From: a virus
Taxonomy: Duplodnaviria > Caudoviricetes
Virus record (IMG/VR): IMGVR_UViG_3300013121_000005
Span: 128,001-192,000 of that record
Reading direction: 5' to 3' (one strand)
Length of the DNA: 64,000 bases
In this document: piece after piece, positions 59,104 through 64,000 of the stretch
Position numbering within the stretch: position 1 is the first letter of the stretch
How the letters are laid out: the number at the start of each line of letters is the position of its first letter
Position numbers and translations under genes: made by a program
Notes under the pieces: model-generated
Told to the model about the DNA's origin: nothing
What the model saw: the letters and a program-made list of their open reading frames with translations, nothing else
Database searches by the model: none

Positions 59104-62100
59104 GTGATGGACAACTACGGCACTGGCGTTTCTCGTGTGCTTGACCCTAAGCAAACGGCGTTCATTGAAGTTATTTGGCAGCAAGGTAAGCCTCCCCTCG
59201 ATGCGGAGCTGAACTTGCTTCAGCAGCTCCAGACTGATTGGAGACAACAGCTTATCCTTCGAGGAACCCCCTCTGGATTTCTCGGGAACGAAACAAACCC
59301 GTCGAAGGACTTTGTAACCAATCTGAACTGGTCGAACTGGTTCCAGTTTGGTCGTCAACGGTCGGGTGAGAAGCAGTCCATTATGTGGGCTGTAGTCAAT
59401 GGTTGGCTCATTCCCGTGACAGGGACACGTACAGGGACACCTCCAGGGTCCCCCAACAATACGGATACCTGGAACAAGATTGCGCTTGATCCCCCTCCTT
59501 CCAACAGCGGTGACTTCCGCGCAGACTTTGTGTTCCTTGAGGTGTGGCAAGCCCGAGTACCCTCAAACCCTTCTGCACTCAACAAGCCTTCTACGTCTGC
59601 GGTTTACCGCTATGGGAACGTAGAAGGGGGCTATAGCTACCTCGCAGATGACCTCAAGGACCCTGCTATTGGGGTTGAGACTACCCAACGAGTACAGGTT
59701 CAGTACCGAATTCGAGTGGTAAAGGGCCTCATTGGTCTTGCTACATACCCAGATGGGTTCGATCCCTCTATCGTGAAAGCACGTGGTGCGGCTGCGGCAG
59801 ACACAGCATACACCTTCACGAATATGCGAACGGAACTAGGGGATCCTGGCCTTTGGCGTGCAGGGGATGGTACGGCTAACTCCCTTGGGACCGTTGACGG
59901 GTACTGCTATGCTGTTCCGATCTCGGTTGTATTCCGACGGAATTCTGTAGCCTGGTCGGGGGACCCTTCGCAGAATCTTAACGGAGCTTTCAATCGCAAT
60001 CCGACGGCTACCGATCGAACTGGAGTCAAGACGTTTTCGACTGTTCCGGCTCTAGCTTCTGCGTTGACCTCTGTAGCAACCTCGTTGTCTATCGTTTCTG
60101 CTTCTAACATCCCTCTTCCTACAAATCCTTCCACTCCGGTCCTCCTTCAGATCGGGGATGAGCTGCTGACGTACACAGCAATCACTGGGACGACTTTGAC
60201 GGGTCTTGTTCGAGGGGTGAATGGGTCGGCGGCCGAGGCTCACCCAGCGGGTAGGACAATCAAGGTCCTTTCTGGGCGCCCAGATGGTCTGTTCTCAGAC
60301 CAAATTGCTGCGACAGATGTGTTGGACCTACGGCACGTTGTGAGCCCCAATGGGTTTGACTACCACACGTTGTTGGAGTCTAACCTGGACAAGCTGCTCA
60401 GGGGTCAGCTCCGAGCTAACTGGAAGCGTTCGGGTGGTGGGCCCCAAGGTCCCTTCTTGTTCTATGAGGACAAAATTTCAGCAGCAGCAGCAGGTCTGGG
60501 GGTAACGAAGGTTGATGCCCCGGACAACATCCGGCTGATCTTTTCTGACTCCGCTGTCCAACAAAAAGTGGAAGTGCTCTGCACTCCATTCTCGGCACCT
60601 GTTGTAATCCCAGCTATTCAACCGGTGGGCACTGCCTGGTCTCTTGCAATTAATGCTCAGACCACTCGTCAACGCACTGGGAATCAGTGGGATACAGAGC
60701 TGGCAACGGGAGACGGTCTTGGGGACCGCATCAAGATTCCTGTTGCGCAGTTTAAGAGTACGGTGCCTGGGGCAGATGCTGACCAGATTCGTATCCTAAA
60801 CGAGGTTCCTGCTTTCGGAGCTGCGGGGTCAACCGCAGGAGGTACAACGTTCACCGACACTTCTGTGAACTTCGCTACGGCAGGGGTTCTACCTGGAGAC
60901 ACGTTGGTCATTTTCCAGGGCGCAAACATGGGGTCCTACCCTGTTGTTAGCGTTGCAACTCAGTCGGTTACGATCTCTGGGGCTCTTACCGCAGGGGCTG
61001 GGATCACTTACGAAGTTCGACGGGGTATTGGGTCCATTCAAGTTCGCATTGATGGCTTTGATGACCCTCTTCCTCAACACCGCTTCCGGGTTACCCCTCT
61101 CAACCCTACTTCAAGTGATGACCTCGTTATTGAGTTTACTGGGGCTGGGGTACCTTTCCCGACCCCTAAGACTCTCTACATCACTACTCACATCCAGTAT
61201 GGTGCAGGTCGAGGTCTTTCTCACCGTCCAGATTCTCTGCACAACATTTCTCTGGTGAACCCCAATGCGGATTTGCTTGTTCGTCAAAGCGGGGTGCCAG
61301 CTACAAACTTCCCCTTGAGTACAGGGTGGGCTCTACTTTGGAGCAAGTACCGCAACACTGTGTACAAGGGGATGCTACCTGTCACAGCCGCATCCTACGC
61401 AGACCTTGGGAACAAAACCGTTATCCTGACTCCCTTCCGTCGCGTATCCTACCCAGCTACCCCTATTGGCGTTCGTACCCAGGATGGGTCTAGTACCAAC
61501 CGTTATTCTGCTGCGGTCAGTACCGGTACAGGTACGGGTTCCTCGAACGGCACCACCACGTTTACCGATGGGGGTGCAACGTTTGCTGCGAATGGGGTGG
61601 TTGCTGGGGATGTCCTCGAAATCAATTCTGGGCTTGCTGTAGGTAGGTACCGAGTTGTTTCTGCGGCAGTTACAACCCTCGTGGTGGACAGGGCAATCCC
61701 TACGGCAGCCGGGATTACCTACAGTGTCCACCACACGCAGGGCCTCATGCCCCTCAACAAGCGTAACGGGGTAACTGCTAAGTGGGCAACGACAGACCCA
61801 TTGGGGCTCTTTTCTGGGTCTACCGACCCAGATGTGAACCGCAAAAACTTCTTCGTGAGCTTGCCTCGACACTTGGTCCCTGGATGGGGTGAGGTCCATG
61901 CTCCCGTTTTGGCTAGCAATGGGGCTATATTTCATCGCGGCGTGAACTTTATGCTTCAAGCCCGGGAGGGGTTGAACACAAACGTTACAGACGCCGACCA
62001 TTGCCGACAGTACATCAACTACACGTCGAACGTTCCACTTTCGTACGCTTCGATGTCGACAGGGAACTTCTCTGGTCTCACCATTGTACCCGCAACCTAC

Positions 62101-63684
62101 AACTCAACTTTTTCCTTTGGCGGAGTTACTCACGCTGGGGCTAAGTTTTTCACGGACCAGCGGGGGTTGGGTCGACAAGGTATCGAGTTGCCTCCTTTCT
62201 ATGGGATTGCTCGACTTTGGGCGGTCTACGAAGCGAGCGACTACAAGGCAAATGGCTCGTCTGTCAACCCTTCAACCCGTGAGGCTATTGGGGCTGGTGC
62301 GGTAAACCTGCTTCGCACCAACTTTCAAGGGCCAGTTTTCTGGGTAGAGATTGATGATGATGGAGACTCTACATTCATTTTGAATGCAGAGGCTCTTGAC
62401 CTCACCAAGTCCCCTGTCCCTATCCCAAGCTTTACCTCGAAGCACTATGTTGTTGAAGCTTCGGTCTTCGGCTTCGACCGAGACGCATTCGACACGTCTA
62501 AGCCATTCCGTCTAGTACTCTCCAGGGACCGTACAGCGGCGAATACTGGGGTTCGGGCAACCAACACAGATGCCGCTATTTTCGGCCCTGTGTCTGTTGT
62601 TCCGGGGCCAATGACAGCCTCGGATAATGCTCTGGTCAACTTTTCACGGACCCCCTATGGGGGTGACCCTTGGGGTAGTCAGACAAATTACGTAGACCAT
62701 GGGTACAATCCAGGTTCTCTAACCACTTCGGTGGCCTACCAACTGGTATCCTCTACGCTAAACGAAGCTAGTTTGACTAGACCAAATCAGAAACCTCTAG
62801 AGGTCCTGGCTTCCATTGGATTTATCACAAGCCTTGGAACGGGTAGGTTCTCCGGGGATGTGGTGCCTCCAAATAGCTATGACTTCCGGAATGTCGGGTA
62901 TGAGGACCTAACCGTATACCCTCCTGCCAGCGGAGTATCTCCTCGCCCCAAGGTTTTGATGGGTGCGCTTACCCCTCCAGCCATTCGTCGGTTTCAGGGT
63001 AGCTATGCGCTGGATGTAAACCCTGAGTATGTGGGTGCGACTGATCGACTTCCTCTGGGTGCCTTGTGGCGAGACAAGGACTTCCGTGGGGATCTCTTCG
63101 CCAACAGCAACCGGACAGCATTACTCTACACGAACTCTACAGGTGCTGGTAACTTCGGTTCGAGCATGGCGCGAACGAAGCTTCTGGAACAGGATGAGGT
63201 TCCTCTTCTACCAGCTAACGTAGCTTCGGGTCAGGCAGGGGATATCATCGTCCAGGTGGACGGTGAGCAAGGTAATTACGCTCTACTCACCAACTTCCGT
63301 ACCTTCCGTGGTGGGTCTGCCTTTACTGGAGGTGGAGACCGTCCTGGCGGGGAGGTGGTTACGGTTCTAGATTCGCTCAATGAGGCAGGTCAAGTCCTTG
63401 TGGGACGTGCCTACCTTGTACGGAACAGCGTTACCTCGGTTGGGGCAAATGAGGCATCAGCAGGTGATGAGCTGATGCTTGCAGTCATCACCTCTAGATT
63501 GTATTCCGCCCCCGTTGAACCTCCTATTGCACAATCTGCTGTAGCAAGTATTGGGACCAACGGATCGTCAGAGGGGTACGCGGCAGCAGACTTGTATCGG
63601 ATTGAGGGTCATCCCCTTGTGATGAACAACATCAAGTACACAGTTGACCCTTCCACCATCAACCTACCAAAGAAGACGACCTAA
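59104..63684 (+). CDS. Large baseplate-anchored fibre/structural protein (paralog of 46509..49121)
   Basis: WQQGKPPLDAELN, RADFVFLEVW, ETTQRVQVQYRIRV and GDPGLWRAGDG. Carries an extra IGDELLTY..RG..H domain and two TTFTD..F..GV..GD modules. Confidence 0.8.
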   Translation: MMDNYGTGVSRVLDPKQTAFIEVIWQQGKPPLDAELNLLQQLQTDWRQQLILRGTPSGFLGNETNPSKDFVTNLNWSNWFQFGRQRSGEKQSIMWAVVNGWLIPVTGTRTGTPPGSPNNTDTWNKIALDPPPSNSGDFRADFVFLEVWQARVPSNPSALNKPSTSAVYRYGNVEGGYSYLADDLKDPAIGVETTQRVQVQYRIRVVKGLIGLATYPDGFDPSIVKARGAAAADTAYTFTNMRTELGDPGLWRAGDGTANSLGTVDGYCYAVPISVVFRRNSVAWSGDPSQNLNGAFNRNPTATDRTGVKTFSTVPALASALTSVATSLSIVSASNIPLPTNPSTPVLLQIGDELLTYTAITGTTLTGLVRGVNGSAAEAHPAGRTIKVLSGRPDGLFSDQIAATDVLDLRHVVSPNGFDYHTLLESNLDKLLRGQLRANWKRSGGGPQGPFLFYEDKISAAAAGLGVTKVDAPDNIRLIFSDSAVQQKVEVLCTPFSAPVVIPAIQPVGTAWSLAINAQTTRQRTGNQWDTELATGDGLGDRIKIPVAQFKSTVPGADADQIRILNEVPAFGAAGSTAGGTTFTDTSVNFATAGVLPGDTLVIFQGANMGSYPVVSVATQSVTISGALTAGAGITYEVRRGIGSIQVRIDGFDDPLPQHRFRVTPLNPTSSDDLVIEFTGAGVPFPTPKTLYITTHIQYGAGRGLSHRPDSLHNISLVNPNADLLVRQSGVPATNFPLSTGWALLWSKYRNTVYKGMLPVTAASYADLGNKTVILTPFRRVSYPATPIGVRTQDGSSTNRYSAAVSTGTGTGSSNGTTTFTDGGATFAANGVVAGDVLEINSGLAVGRYRVVSAAVTTLVVDRAIPTAAGITYSVHHTQGLMPLNKRNGVTAKWATTDPLGLFSGSTDPDVNRKNFFVSLPRHLVPGWGEVHAPVLASNGAIFHRGVNFMLQAREGLNTNVTDADHCRQYINYTSNVPLSYASMSTGNFSGLTIVPATYNSTFSFGGVTHAGAKFFTDQRGLGRQGIELPPFYGIARLWAVYEASDYKANGSSVNPSTREAIGAGAVNLLRTNFQGPVFWVEIDDDGDSTFILNAEALDLTKSPVPIPSFTSKHYVVEASVFGFDRDAFDTSKPFRLVLSRDRTAANTGVRATNTDAAIFGPVSVVPGPMTASDNALVNFSRTPYGGDPWGSQTNYVDHGYNPGSLTTSVAYQLVSSTLNEASLTRPNQKPLEVLASIGFITSLGTGRFSGDVVPPNSYDFRNVGYEDLTVYPPASGVSPRPKVLMGALTPPAIRRFQGSYALDVNPEYVGATDRLPLGALWRDKDFRGDLFANSNRTALLYTNSTGAGNFGSSMARTKLLEQDEVPLLPANVASGQAGDIIVQVDGEQGNYALLTNFRTFRGGSAFTGGGDRPGGEVVTVLDSLNEAGQVLVGRAYLVRNSVTSVGANEASAGDELMLAVITSRLYSAPVEPPIAQSAVASIGTNGSSEGYAAADLYRIEGHPLVMNNIKYTVDPSTINLPKKTT

Positions 63685-63685
63685 A

Positions 63686-64000
63686 ATGGCTCGTGGTGTT
63701 CTTACCCTCTACGAAGTGCCCGCTGAGGTGCGTGCGAAAGGAGCGGCTCAAGCCCGTCAACAGCTCCACACGCTTTTATCTAACCCTCACTTGACTGAAG
63801 CTCAACGAGAAGACCTTCGTGCTCGTTTAGCTTGGGTTACGAAGTGGGAGACAGCTAATGTAGGGGATTTGCTACCTCCTCCTTCGTCCCCTCCTGAAGA
63901 CTCTTTCACGACGGAACCTTCGCAAGAGGTTCCAAGCCCTACCCCAACTCATCATCAAGTTGAAGTCCTAGAGACCCTACAAGTCGACGAGGTTCCAAGC
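63686..64000 (+). CDS. Hypothetical protein, 5' part (MARGVLTLYEVPAE...HHQVEVLETLQVDEVPS, runs off the window)
   Basis: ATG 1 nt after the previous stop; open for 105 codons to the edge. Confidence 0.7.
   Translation, partial: MARGVLTLYEVPAEVRAKGAAQARQQLHTLLSNPHLTEAQREDLRARLAWVTKWETANVGDLLPPPSSPPEDSFTTEPSQEVPSPTPTHHQVEVLETLQVDEVPS

Larger units (their letters stand above)
1..64000 (+). mobile_element. Large myophage (jumbo-like) tail/baseplate/fibre morphogenesis region
   Basis: All credible genes are on + with gaps or overlaps of a few nt. Order is canonical: tube, chaperones, tape measure, initiators, hub, spike, gp25, baseplate J, I, fibres. A free-standing HNH is present and no host housekeeping genes are seen. 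Confidence 0.9.

Noticed and set aside
389-62639. Numerous minus-strand and alternate-frame ORFs (e.g. 3225..3935, 32491..33108, 49278..49910, 61375..62001)
   Set aside because: All lie within longer + strand genes with coherent motifs. They have no recognisable domains and look like shadow ORFs.
46509-63684. Diversity-generating retroelement or invertible fibre cassette
   Set aside because: No reverse transcriptase or recombinase, no ~100-bp TR/VR pair differing at adenines, and no inverted repeats seen. The paralog similarity is ordinary divergence.
1-64000. Alternative genetic code or stop-codon readthrough
   Set aside because: TAA, TAG and TGA all terminate genes immediately before the next start, and long ORFs are intact in the standard code.

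Overview
The whole window is one tightly packed, + strand tail-morphogenesis region, most likely from a very large (jumbo-type) contractile-tailed bacteriophage using the standard bacterial code. After three non-tail genes come a tail tube, two paralogous assembly chaperones, a tape measure, two tube-fold baseplate initiators (one carrying a lytic transglycosylase domain), a baseplate hub and a gp5/VgrG-like spike. A free-standing HNH endonuclease, a triplicated hydrophobic spike-tip candidate, a 2066-aa structural protein and gp25-, J- and I-like wedge proteins follow. The last ~28 kb encodes large, modular fibre and receptor-binding proteins. I saw no sheath, capsid, tRNA, CRISPR or reverse transcriptase gene. 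The least explained signals are: (i) a recurring 11-mer, AWYCNTTYDAT, upstream of many genes (putative phage late promoter, with one copy inside a gene); (ii) a ~137-nt base-paired RNA-like element between the tube and chaperone genes; (iii) an E-T-L-x-L-x-E strand motif shared by three proteins, possibly a strand-donation fibre assembly system; (iv) a charge-free spike end with a pseudo-trimeric tip; (v) a beta-helix apparently split by two propeller-like insertions; (vi) a K/R-x-A-punctuated multi-domain protein. All product calls come from motifs and gene order read by eye; no searches were run.
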